Source: Octopus sinensis (lineage: Eukaryota). Taken from it: 64,000 nt of DNA. Location of the stretch: assembly GCF_006345805.1 (NCBI RefSeq), contig NC_042997.1, positions 92,938,001-93,002,000 of the forward strand. Direction: 5' to 3'. The first letter of the stretch is position 1. Every line of letters begins with the position of its first letter. The notes beneath the pieces were generated by a model. It saw only the letters and a list, made by a program, of their open reading frames with translations. It was not told where the DNA came from and did not search any database. Both the position numbers and the translations under genes were made by a program. Shown here piece after piece: positions 51,829 through 64,000 of the stretch.

Positions 51829-53551
51829 TGTATGCATGTATGTATGCGTGTATGCACGCATGCATATAGCTATGCATATATGTATATAAGAAGCCGTAAT
51901 GGACCTAATATTCTACACGAGTATCGCTTTCTTTCCTACTGATATTTTCAGTCAGAGATGGGTTTTACTCAAACACCAGAAGAGAGTTGTATATGAATGT
52001 ATGCTTTATGTATCTCCCGCCTCCCTCACTACACATACACTCACACACACACGGAACAAACCCTTCTATATATTCAGGCTTTCTCTCACACGTGTATACA
52101 CACAAATCGTGTATATGCGTGTCTACACACAAATCGTGTATATGCGTGTATACACACACATTCAGGGCAAGCACTCCCGTCAATATACGCTGACACACGT
52201 GCACACACGCATGAACACGCACAGAAATACACACTCGCGCACAAACGTTCACACAAAGCCGTGTGAATACGCACACAGACAGACTCAGACACACACACAG
52301 ACACCACACACACACACACACACAGAGACATACACACACACAGACACATACACACACAGACACATACACACACAGACACACACACACACAGACACATACA
52401 CACACACATAAACGCAAGCATTCATACGCGCGTATACTGTCACACAAAAGTATGCGCGTGCGCGTTTTCATATACTCATGCAGGTGTACTTTCAGTCTCG
52501 CCAGCACACGTGCATACACACACACACACACACATACACACACACGCACACACACACACACACTCGTGCGCAGACATACACGCAAACATACTGGCTCATA
52601 CGCGTAGACGCACCTCACTCCCATACACTAACACACACTTACACTTACACATGTACGCAAGCAAGCATACACGCATATACTGTCACACAAATGCGTGCAT
52701 TTTAACATACAGACGCGGATGTACTCTCAGTCTCGCCGTCACACGTGCACACACACACACACATACACACGCACACACACACACACAAAGCATACTCATA
52801 CAAAGCACACATGCAAACAGTCTGGCTCACACACGCGCAGACACACACTCACACATGCTATACACACACACACAAACAAGCAAACACATTTAGCCACACA
52901 CATACACATACTAAACACACTGCACACACCATCCACTAGACACAACACACTACTACACATGCACCACCCACACACACACACTCTCGTGATCACATATACA
53001 CACACGCGCAGCCAAGTTTACACACGCTCACACAAGCTCATACACGCTTATGAACATATCAAAACGAAATTTTCTGTCTTTACTTATACTAGTCAGCTGT
53101 AAACTATTCTCGGTGCTAACTGCCTTCCGTATCCGGGATTTCGCCATACATCGCAATACAGGGTTCTCAGATTGGGCTACAAGTAGTACTACTTGCTAAA
53201 ATTGCACGTTACTACTTACTCTTAATTTGAACTGTACGCTTCTTTAAAACATCTTTTTTAATGATAAGAACCCACTGAATATCCTATTAAATTAACTACA
53301 TACAGACATATATACACACAAAAGCTCTCACACACACACATGCGCGCGCGCGTGTATTTATTCGTAGACATTTTTGCTCAACGATTTTCAAACCGTTTAT
53401 TTGTCGAGCAATGTATTGAATATTTAAGTGTTTATTTAACTAAGAAAAAAAACACACACACACACACATACACACACACACACCACACACACACACACAC
53501 GCATGCACGCACACACGCACACACACACATACACACACACACACACACACA

Positions 53552-53624
<73 letters not shown>

Positions 53625-53625
53625 T
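50330..53625. repeat. Cluster of long (TATG)n and (CA)n compound microsatellites, interrupted by unique islands
   Basis: Tracts at about 50330-50715, 51368-51885, 52280-53050 and 53455-53625. Confidence 0.9.
51190..51256 (-). CDS. Candidate 67-nt internal exon of an unidentified host gene (SAWFGSIDDRRNVQFTERFQQQ)
   Basis: Acceptor TATTTATTCCCGTTGCAG and donor CAG|GTGAGG. Only one frame is open. Lies in a unique island between microsatellites. Confidence 0.5.
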
Positions 53626-53639
53626 ACACACATCTCAGG

Positions 53640-53960
53640 GTTACAAGCTTTTCGACCCTTAGCTTGTACGTCTCATCTGAGTAGAGAGGCAAGGAATGAA
53701 CCAGACTTCGCCTTGCCGAAGGCTTCCACTCGCGATCTCTTCTCAATTACAGCCAACCTGAACTGTTTCAGCCGCCATGCTTATCTCCTTAGTAGCTTTC
53801 TCCTGTTGTCTGAATTCTAGACCAATCTTCTGCAGGAAATAGCGCAGCCGGCTTCGATGGGGAATGAGGCCATATGCTATCCCTTGACAAGGGTTTCACT
53901 GACCAAGTCGCGGTCGCTTGTACTGCAAGAAACTGAAGCCAGATTCCCTCGAATCTCTTC
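53640..53960 (-). mobile_element. HERO-clade LINE 3' fragment
   Basis: DLVSETLVKG*HMASFPIEAGC then RLRYFLQKIGLEFRQQEKATKEISMAAET, resembling the HERO C-terminus. Confidence 0.6.
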
Positions 53961-55040
53961 CTATCGTCTTAAAACAGGAAAAATAGAATGGACATCGTGG
54001 TCTAAGATATGCAAAAAGGTGGAATGGTCAAGGCAGGAATATTATAGATCATAGCCATGCTCTGGATTTAAACATCTAAGATAACAACAACAGCAACAAC
54101 ATCGGTAATGTCTCCTGACTCTTGGCTACTTCAGCCAACAAAGAAGCCTCTATGTGGTTACTCCACCTTTTAGAAATAGCAGCAAATCACAATTTACTAC
54201 CTTAAATATGGAAGTGCACACTGATTAATATGGTTAGTCCACATTACTCGGTAAGGAGCATAGGACCGGGTTCCCGGTTTCTCTGGCGAATATATTCCTC
54301 CCTGGACTGGATGCTGGTCTGTCGCAGAATTACCATTTTCTCCAGCTAAGTGGACTAGGGCAACGTAAAATGAAGTGTTTTGCTGAAGAACTCAACTTAT
54401 CACCCGGTCCAGGAATCGAAACTATAATCTTTCGATCATGAGTCCAATACCCTAACCAACTGAGCCATGCACTCCCACACTGGCTATCATTGATCAAGGC
54501 TGACCTTGAACTAAACAACAAAAACAATGGTTCCTTTGTCTTAGCACTGATAGCAGCGACAGACTACCAAATGGGTATCAACAGTAAAGTGTCTGAAAAA
54601 AAAAGCTTAGTTTTATGTTCTTAGCGAGAATATCAACGAGATTAACTTGTTTTCATAACCTCCAGCATCGTTAAAATTTAAGTACCATCTGTATGCTATA
54701 TATCCCTTCAGTAAGGTGTGACTTAGTGCGTTTAATTTCCTCTTCCTTTCTACCATAAGTACAAATACAACAAAAGTGACCCAGGTTGTGTTCGAACTTC
54801 AGAGCGCAGAGCTCCGGTAATAAATACCGCAGCATATTCTCTCTGACACTTTAACGACTCTGCCAATTGACTGCCTCCAAGCAATAGTATCTCAGGCACC
54901 TGTGTAATCCTCTATATCTTTCGACGAGCCTACGGAGGGATTCTGCTAAGAATAGTTGCTAAATCTCACACTAAAATCACGCATTAAATAAGGAATGCAT
55001 TTGATTATAGATCTGCTCACAATAACAGCAACAACAACAG

Positions 55041-55232
55041 TGGAGGCGCAATGGCCCCGTGGTTTGGGCAGCGGACTCGCGGTCGTAAGAGCGCGGTTTC
55101 GATTCCCAGGCCGGGCATTGTGAGTGTTTGTTGAGCAAAAGCACCTAAGCTCCACGAGGCTCTGGCGGGGGTTGGGTGGTGAACCCTGCTGTACTCTTTC
55201 ACCATAACTTTCTCTCACTCTTTCTTCCTACT
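55041..55232 (+). mobile_element. SINE family A, 3'-truncated
   Basis: Head and body align with 1454-1625. Confidence 0.8.
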
Positions 55233-56870
55233 TCTGCCACAAAGCAGAGGAACCATGGTGTAACCCACTATGGTGTGGTAAACTTTTCAGACCTTAGTCT
55301 AGATTGCGAATCCTCTGTACCCCAGGATGGTTCAGCTCTCTACCCGTTAAAAGCCACCGTTTACGGAATGAGGATAACAACGTAGCTTTCGCGCCCGTGC
55401 AACCGCCAGTCTATCGCGTGTAGTGGGTGGATCATCAAGTTGCCACACACATTCTTAGTAGCTTAGAGTAGGCTCGAATGAGAGATTATTCTTTGTGGCT
55501 AATGGCGTGAGTTCTGATTGGAAGAAGAAGAAGACAACAACAACAACAAATAAGACATTAAATAATGTAACCCTTCATGATCCTAGAAATGTATACATTT
55601 GACCATAGGTTCAATTCGATCATGTTTGACCTAGAGGTAAATAATAATAATAGCAGCAATTGTATCAACAACAACAACAACAATAGCAGCAGCAGCGACA
55701 AGAACAATTACACTTGTTCTCGACTAAAGTGTGGCCTTGTATTAGTTATTCTGACAAATCATCGTTGTTAATGTACGCATTTGTGTGAAACGTGTGTGCT
55801 ATAGTGTTTGGCTATTCAACATACAATTTTTCCTGAGCATAGTTTTCTATGAATATCAATTCATCTTCTCGCGTGGCCTATGACCTTTACACACGACTTC
55901 TCTTACCTTTTGTAAATAAACTTTGCTATTGGTGAATAACATTATATATTATCTAACCGTCTCGTGCTTGAACTAACCTTAGGTCTCCTAGCTGCTGGCT
56001 CGGCTTTCAATTCTTTCTTGCGACATTCTAACCACTTGTCTGTAATATTAGAGCTGTGACTTCTGAATCTGAGTTATGGGCCCTGTCGAGTAACGTTTCC
56101 AGAGATCCTCCAGAGATCCATTTCTGCCGCGAGCGTACTCATTTGGTCATAACCCAACATTTATAAACATTGGTGAAGGTGAGGATAGGCACGGAAACCA
56201 AATTGAAGATAAAGTTTTCCGGGGAAGCTAAAAGTAAAGCCAACTGGTGTGGGTTTTGGACACAGGACGTAAAGAGGAGAGAAAAAACAGCAGTGACGTT
56301 GTCTTGTATTGTGCTCTCACGTTTACTCCAATAACCCCACAGAAATTAATATTACATTGCTTTTATCTTTCGAGAAAATAAAATGCTGAAGATAACAAAT
56401 GAGGTTTCTTTGCACATTCATAATAATGTATTAACTTGTAATTTAATTTCTATATAATTACTGTCTTGTTGAGTAATAATGAAAAGAAATATAGCCTCTC
56501 AGTGAATTGATAACATGTATCTGATGTCAGATTACGTAAGTAAGGCATTGAATACTACTTTATCTATGAAACACTCGCTCATTCTCTAGCATTTAAAACA
56601 GGTGTCAATGAAAGGGGGAAAATGTTTTAATCTCATGACGCAGTTTTTTTAAAAAATGGAGCAGAGCTTTTATCTTTTATTTTTTTCTTGTTTTAGTCAT
56701 TGGACGGCGGCCACGCTGGGGCACCGACTTAACTCACGAAGCGTTGGTCGGTCCGGGACTATACCGGACGCCACTTACCTGAGATACTGCACAGGAGGAC
56801 TGAACCCGAAATTACGTGGTTGCTTACTAACCACACACATGCGCCTGATAAAGAATATATATATATATAT

Positions 56871-57684
56871 CACTTTGACCGACCAGTCCGTCAGGCGTCC
56901 ATTTGACACCGCTGGTCACAGCACGCTGTCCACTCCTCTCTGGATCGCGCCTTTCTCATCCACGTGATCCCAATCGTCCTCTTGAAATCGTCACTCCACC
57001 GTCGTGGAGGTCTTCCGGGTGGTCTTTTCCGCTCACGCGGGTACCACTCGACAACTGCGTGCGTCCACCGATTATCGGTGAGCCGGGCGACGTGTCCAGC
57101 CCATCTATACTTGCTGCGAGTATACTCTGCGATGACATCTCTCACGCCGGACTTCTTTCTGATGATCTTGCTATTTATGTGCTCTCTCAACGAGATACCA
57201 AGCATTGACCTTTCCATGGCTCTTTGAGCCGTTATCAGTCTTTGCTCTTCTCTCTTTGTGGTAGCCCATGTTTCACTACCATATAACATTGCAGGCAGAA
57301 CTGCACTGTTAATGAGGTTAGCGCGGGTGGTCCTGTCCAACCTTCCCTTGAGCACATCCCTTATGCCATTGAACGCCTTCCATCCGGCCCTTACTCTCCG
57401 TGAGATCTCCTTTTTGATATCCCGGCACATATTTACTTTCTGTCCCAGGTAGACATATTCTCTCACCTCCTCTATTTCATCACTGCCGATCACCATTCGA
57501 CCTGTTGGTACGTTGTCTGACCGCATGAACTTTGTTTTCATGCGGTTCATCTTGAGACCTACTGCAGAACTTTTGATGTCGAGCTCCGTCAGCATGGTCT
57601 GAAGCCGATCCATGTTTTCAGCGATGAGTACGATGTCGTCAGCGAAACGGAGGTGAGTGAGGAGCTCGCCATTGAGCTCGCCAC
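56871..57684 (-). mobile_element. Young 5'-truncated RTE LINE with an uninterrupted RT C-terminal frame
   Basis: HLRFADDIVL...YVYLGQ...MLYGSETW...RWAGHVAR...GRPPRRW with no stop for over 250 codons, a short 3'UTR and an (AT)n tail. Confidence 0.93.
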
Positions 57685-57846
57685 TGAGTTTATGTCCCCG
57701 TCACTTAGCGGTTCGGCAAAAAAGAGACCGATAGAATAAGTACTGGGCTTACAAAGAATAAGTCCCGGGGTCGATTTGATCAACTAAAAGCGGTGCTCCA
57801 GCATGGCCACAGTCAAATGACTGAAACAAGTAAAAGAGTAAAAGAG

Positions 57847-57878
<32 letters not shown>

Positions 57879-58349
57879 TTGATTTGATTTGATTTTTCCA
57901 GTTTCAGCTTATGAGCTGTGGCCATGCTGGGGCACCGCCTAATAATAATAATGGTTTCAAATTTTGCCACAAGACCAGCAATTTTCTGGGGGAGGGATGA
58001 GTCGATCACATTGACTCCAGTGTTCATCTAGTACTTATTTTATCGACCCCAAAAGGATGAAAAGCAAACTCAACCTCAGCGGAATTTGAACTCAGAACGG
58101 AGCGATGAAGGAAATGCATTTCGCCCAGCGTATAAAGATTCAGCCTACTCGCAACAGTTACTGAAAGAAAGCAATTATTAATGGCTTTACCGTCTGGAAA
58201 TTTCTTTATAAATCTATGTTCCAAGAAATTTCCTGTAATTTCGATTTCTGAAGTTTATTAAATATCTGAATTACAAATTTTTCACAAATTTAAATATTCG
58301 TTACATTCACTGCGGAGTATATTTTAATGTTTGATGTTCATTTGCAACA

Positions 58350-58405
<56 letters not shown>

Positions 58406-58805
58406 AGTATTTTTATTAATGGTTATTTAATATATATAAATTTCAAGTTTTTTTTCTATTTGAAAAACCCACAGTTTATTCTGTATACGTAACGTAAAAA
58501 AATATTTATTGTATGAATGAATGTTATTAAACAAAATAGCTGTATAACTTTGAGGCTTATGATGCGAGGCACAATTTCAAGAATATTGGTTTCTGGAGTT
58601 TGTTAAATAAATATTTTTGATTAAATGAAAATTTTTGAAGTGATGGCTTGTTACCAACATAATATGGCAGTCCCAGGAAAGGAAGAATGTTACAGCTATT
58701 TAGCCCTAAGAAACACCGTTTCTAGTTGGCTACGCGACACAAGTGTTCTGTGTCCTTAAGCTTTCAAACAAGGGAGATAAGCACATCCATCCAGCAAAGC
58801 CAGCA

Positions 58806-58848
58806 CCCAGAGACTAGTTTCAGGGTAATTGCTTTTCATCAGTCTGGA
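58806..58848 (-). ncRNA. Type I hammerhead ribozyme (stem II degenerate)
   Basis: Minus strand CCAGA-CTGATGA-AAAGCAATTACCCT-GAAA-CTAG-TC-TCTGG. Confidence 0.55.
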
Positions 58849-58900
58849 GTGGCTTGCAGTAACAGCACGATAAAGTGACATCGAGCAAGGCCAAGCTACT

Positions 58901-58945
58901 CCAGACTGATGAAGAGCAAATACCCTGAAACTAGTCTCTGAGTGC
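58901..58945 (+). ncRNA. Type I hammerhead ribozyme
   Basis: CAGA-CTGATGA-AGAGCAAATACCCT-GAAA-CTAG-TC-TCTG: intact core, palindromic ACTAGT stem III, GUC triplet, long bulged stem I. Confidence 0.72.
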
Positions 58946-59373
58946 TGGCTTTGTTGGGTAGAGGTGCTTATCTCCCCTGTTTGAAAGCTTAAGGACAGAG
59001 AACGCTTGTGTGGCGTAACCAACAAGAAACGGTGTTTCTTGGGGCTAAATAACAGTAACATTCTTCCCTTTCCAGGGACTACATATAGACGCAAATGGAA
59101 AACAAAACAAACAACACAAAGAACGACCCCTCATCAGTTGTTGGCTGTTTTTCTAGTCTCGTATTTCGAGTATTTAACAACAATATACGCTTTCGATAAA
59201 ACAGTTGCTCACTCAAAGCAAATTAAATAAAATTTGGGATTTTGCGGAGGGTCAAAATAGGTAACACAAGCAGGACAGTGAAAAAAAAATGGTACGCATT
59301 TAAACGATCTAAGGTCTATTTTTCAGCATATTGGCACAGAAAATTTCTTTTACCCTTATTTATAATTTTTTTG

Positions 59374-59404
<31 letters not shown>

Positions 59405-60866
59405 TTTAAGTAACAATAAACTACAAAGTAGACGCTAAGTAGGGCATGGAAAACGTTTAGCTTAGAAGAAGCCAATAGAAAATGTGAAAAGACAAAATAA
59501 AATGAAAGCGGATTTCAAAAAGGTACTAAAGAATGGAAGATTTTTTTTTATTCAATACCACTCGTCATAGACACAGCATGCTGATATGAATATAAAAATG
59601 CCAATAATGACTTCTATGATCTAGCATAAAGTTGAAAACGGAAGGTCTGAGTGCAACTGACCCTTGTTCACCATTATTGAAGAAATAAGAAATAAAAAAA
59701 AACTGATAAATGAATTCATTTATTTATTTACTAAATAAAAGGTACAAGCGTGACTTGTGTTGTAATACACTTCAGTGCCACTGTGTAGCACCACCCGGGG
59801 AAAGTATCTTCCACTATGGCTACGGGCCGAGTGGATTTAGTAGACGAAGACTGAAAGAAGCCATGCTTCTATTGATTCTCAGGCAGCGTTTATGCTTTTA
59901 ACGCTGTTGATACCGCCCGTTTGAATGGTACTTCTAGGTGTCGAAACCACTGTGATATCTGTAAGGTAACTGAAGATGGGAATGCTTTTCGATATACTTG
60001 TTTGTGAATCTTTATATCTTGGGGTCTCATTATTCTGAGTTGTCCTTTATTCTCATAGGGTTGAATATGTTTTGGGGTTCATAGCGTTTAGTGAATACAT
60101 ATATTGATATCGCTTGATTGACTTCAAGGATAATTTTATTTCGCTAGGATAATACTTAATTTATGGTTTCTAATTTTAGGAGGTTCTATGGTGTGTATGT
60201 ATGTGTGTGAGGGTATGTGTGCGCGCGCAAGCGTAATGCGTACGTGTGTATGTTTGTCATTATCACCGCTTGTCAACCGGTATTGGTTTGTTTACGTCCC
60301 TGTAACTGCGCCGTTCGGAAAAGAAAAAAACGAAAAAGAAAACCGACAGAAATAGAACCAGGCTTTAAAATAAGTACTGGAATCGATTTGTTCAGTTAGA
60401 TCCATTAAGGTAGTACTAAATCAAATAAAAGAAACGATGAGAGAAAATATCAGCTGCTGACTGTGACTATGGAATCAAAAATAAAGGAACATTGGTTTAC
60501 ATCATTTCCACTAACGTAGTCTTCGAGAAGACACAGTATATCCATAAACATTAGGTATATAATTACATTCACTGGGCACCAACTTCTTCATGAAAACTAG
60601 AAATAAATCATATAAGCACTCACGGAATAGGAATATGACATGGGTACAATATGCCAAAATATGCTTTATGGCTGGGTATAAAATGTTTTGTCATAGACGT
60701 TTTGGCGCTACTGATTCGACTGATTTATTTGACGTTAACTGTTTTGTTTCTCTTGTTCTCTTCATCCTCTCTCTCCCCCTTTTCTTTCTTTCTTCTCTTC
60801 TTCCTTTCTTTTTCTCTTTCTTTCTTTCTTTCTTTCTTTCTTTCCTTCCTTCCTTCTTTCCTTCCT

Positions 60867-60906
<40 letters not shown>

Positions 60907-61430
60907 TCTGTGAGTATATTTCTCTTTATGTGTATGAGGAGGGGGAGAATATTTATGTCAATCGTGTTCATTTAATAAATTTTAATGTTTCTCTCTTCTC
61001 CTCACTCTCTCTCACTCACTCTTTGTATCTGTATGCTTATATTTCTTAGCGATCGTTCAGGTATGAATGTGTGTTTGCCTCCAGCGCCAAAAGGTACCAT
61101 CGGCCAGACCGGCTGAATGTTCAGCTAACTGTGGTGAATCGTCAGCACCCAAACAGTTTTGCACAATCGTTTTATTCCTTCTCTGACAGGTATATCAACC
61201 TCTAGTAGAAGAGAGAAAATTTCTTGTAATACAAGAACAGCGAAACTGAAACATGGGAGATGAAGATTTATACTAAAAATTTAAATAAACATGATATATA
61301 TGATAATAACGTGAACATTGACCTCACAATTTGACATACATCCCAGGAAAATAGCTCTACTATTTATGACAGACGTAACACATGTTACACAGCACATGCT
61401 ATATAATCATAAAACAAGATTAACTCTAAA

Positions 61431-62172
61431 ATATCGATTTCAAATTTTGGCGATTACAACAACCCCAGTGCGTAACTGGTACTTATTTTATCGACTCTGA
61501 AAGGATGTAAGGCAAAGTCGACCTCTAAGGAATTTTAACTCAGAATATAAAGTCAGAAGAAATACCTATTTCTTTACTACCCACAAGGGGCTAAACACAG
61601 AGGGGGCAAACAAGGACAGATAAAGGGATTAAGTCGATTATATCGACCCCAGTGCGTAACTGGTACTTATTTTATCGACTCCGAAAGGATGAAAGGCAAA
61701 GTCGACCTCGGCGGAATTTGAACTCAGAACGTAGCGGCAGACGAAATACCTATTTCTTTACTACTCATAAGGAGCTAAACATAGAGGGGACAAACAAGGA
61801 CAGACAAACGGATTAAGTCGATTAGATCGACCCCAGGGCGTAAGTGATACTTAATTCATCAACCCCGAAAAGATGAAAGGCAAAGTCGACCTCGGCAGAA
61901 ATTAAATCCAGAACGTAGCGGCAGACGAAATACCTATTTCTTTACTACCCACAAGGGTCTAAACACAGAGAGGACAAACAAGGACAGACAAACAGATTAA
62001 GTCGATTATATCGACCCCAGTGCGTAACTGGTACTTATTTAATCGACTCCGAAAGGATGAAAGGCAAAGTCGACCTCGGCGGAATTTGAACTCAGAATGT
62101 AGCGGCAGACGAAATACCGCTAGGCATTTCGCCCGGCGTGCAAACGTTTCTGCCAGCTCGCCGCCTTCAGAA
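61431..62172 (-). mobile_element. SINE family C tetramer (head, three 184-bp units and a partial unit)
   Basis: GAAATACC at 61559, 61743, 61927 and 62111. tRNA-like head only at 62111-62166. Possible TSD TAACTCTAAA. Confidence 0.88.
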
Positions 62173-63415
62173 TAACTCTAAACAATCACAAAAAATAAAC
62201 CCCGTAATACAGCAAATTAGAAGTAAATCCTACATCTGTAAAAGACTTCACTTATCTCGGGAACATAGAGGTGCAACCTTTCTCTTTCAGAGGTCGTTAA
62301 CACGCAATACTTTCGCTACTTCTATGAACAAAGACGTTGAAATTATCTATCAATATAAATGAGAACTTAAATAGCTTCCAGGAATAGAAAGGAGACGATC
62401 GTTATTCATATCAAGGACATATTATTATATCGTATTTGCATTACACGAAAAAAACAATACACAATCAAAGTTTTTATTAATGCTTTCTCACGCCAAGCAA
62501 ATAAACATAAAACCGTCGAAGATGTTTCTAATGACCAATGTTCTTGTTTTCAGGGTTTGAAATTTATCCAGCACTGGTCAGTTTCTGACACTTCACAAAG
62601 CTGAAGTGCGGCTGGTACTGCTGATAAAATACACACACACACACACCCTCCTAAACTGCAGCAAGAATTAAATCCATTTGATGAACATAGATTCAGTAAC
62701 CAAAATAGATGGCAACTGACAAACTCAGAATATTTGGCAGCTTTCATTGTGATTCTCGGCGCTCTGAGTTCAAATCTTATCGAGGTCAAGTTTGCCTTCC
62801 AATCCATTAGGGTCGGTAAAGACAGTAACAATCTAGTACTATGATCGATTTCTCTGTTTGGCTGTCTGTCTGTCTGTCTCTCTTTCATCCATTTCCCTCT
62901 TCTCTCTCTCTCGATTTCCCCCTCTCTCTCTCTCATTCTCTAGAAGAATATTTAAATGCTTCAGACTTCCATCGTAGGTACACGACGATGCCCCAAGACA
63001 GAGTAACTCATCTTGAACGCTATAAACACCCTTCTGCGTCCATTCTGCCTCTTCTATAAGTATTTCTCTGAATTTACAAGCTGAATACCACCGGCACCAT
63101 ATTCATCCGCTCCATCGTTTCTCCCCCTTTTTCGTCGTCATCTCTACGGCGTTTCAATCAATCCTAAAACCGGCGGCACTAAACACTCTACTCAAACATT
63201 GCTTTCTAGATCTTGAATGCTCTCTCCAGGCCCACGTTGCTCTTTGAAGACGTGAAATCAAACAACAATCCAACTCACCAACCTAAGTAAATAAATAAAA
63301 GAAATAAAAGAAAGGAAGAAAAAAGAAAGAAAGAAGGAAAGAAAGAGAGAAAGAAAGAAAGAAAAGGAAAGAAAGAAAACTTCTCGATTCAATTGTGCTT
63401 CAATTCCTCTTGTAG

Positions 63416-63463
63416 ATTTACCCTACAATAGAAGCTAACTGCACAGACCTGCTCTGCTTTCAG
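63416..63463 (+). CDS. Candidate 48-nt exon (IYPTIEANCTDLLCFQ)
   Basis: Acceptor TTCAATTCCTCTTGTAG and donor CAG|GTAAGC. Phase 0-0, single open frame. No homology recognised. Confidence 0.3.
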
Positions 63464-64000
63464 GTAAGCCGTAGTAAGAGAAAAGAGAATGGAGATCAGA
63501 CAAGCTGTCAGTAATAAAATGCGCGCGGGCGCGTGTGTTTATGCGTGTGTTAAAAAAGTTAAGGCGAGGCACGAGGTCTCAATAGAAAGGAGAGGGGAGA
63601 TCAGGTAGGTTACATTAGCTGTGATTACTAACTAACTGTCCCAGTATAGCGTGGGTTACGAATAAAGAAGAAATACGTACCAAATCATGTATAAATACAT
63701 ATTTAGTGTCGCTGTGAAATTAAAGACTAATAAATGTTTTATGAAGCTCTATGGGTACGTGGTTGGTGGTGGCTATGCTAGTCTTAAAAAGCAAACAAAC
63801 CAGCAATGACGAGGGCAATGGCGATGATGACGTCAGTGACAATAACAACAAGACAACGTGGGCGCCTGCCTATAACGTGGTTCTTCGAAATGCTAGAAAC
63901 AACAGTCAAAATCATCCTCAAACTACATTCGGTCGTCTTAAAATCAAGATACATTGAACAGCGTGGCTGTGTGGTAAGTAGCTTGCTGCTTCCCAGCCAT

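Larger units (their letters stand above)
58662..59086. mobile_element. Diverged inverted repeat (~200-bp arms) of a Penelope-pLTR-like unit with a hammerhead in each arm
   Basis: 58662-58858 matches the reverse complement of 58885-59086. It shares TAATATGGCAGTC and GCAAATACCCTGAAAC with the 38640 palindrome. Confidence 0.8.

Noticed and set aside
55380-55450. Minus-strand TTGATGA...GAAAGCTA motif
   Set aside because: U3-G8 core, unclosed stem II and an out-of-register stem I.
61431-62172. CRISPR-like regular repeats
   Set aside because: The units are wholly repeated SINE sequence with no unique spacers, in a eukaryotic context with no cas genes.

Overview
AT-rich, repeat-saturated eukaryotic DNA, most likely intronic or intergenic sequence from a coleoid cephalopod such as Octopus. 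That organism call is an inference from the compound (TA)/(CA)/(TATG) microsatellites and the SINE/LINE families. No complete host gene could be built, and only a few isolated candidate exons were found. Most ORFs in the supplied track are microsatellite artefacts. The real coding remnants belong to transposons: a Penelope-like element (RT plus GIY-YIG), several RTE LINEs (one nearly full length, one young 3' fragment), HERO and R4/Dong-like restriction-endonuclease LINE fragments, a CR1/Jockey-type endonuclease, mariner fragments, and hAT/pogo/Harbinger MITEs. Highlights: (1) several non-coding, terminally redundant or palindromic units carry hammerhead ribozymes with palindromic stem III (600, 1077, 38857, 39248, 58806, 58901). 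One has a compensatory U3-A8 core. They look like Penelope pLTR or retrozyme-type elements able to release roughly 400-480 nt RNAs. (2) SINE multimers with a strict 184-bp period, apparently inserted as single TSD-flanked events. (3) An RTE LINE ending in three tandem C2H2 zinc fingers. (4) A SINE-LINE shared 3' tail and a covarying RTE 5'UTR hairpin. All folds and alignments were done by eye, and family names come from recalled motifs, not database searches.
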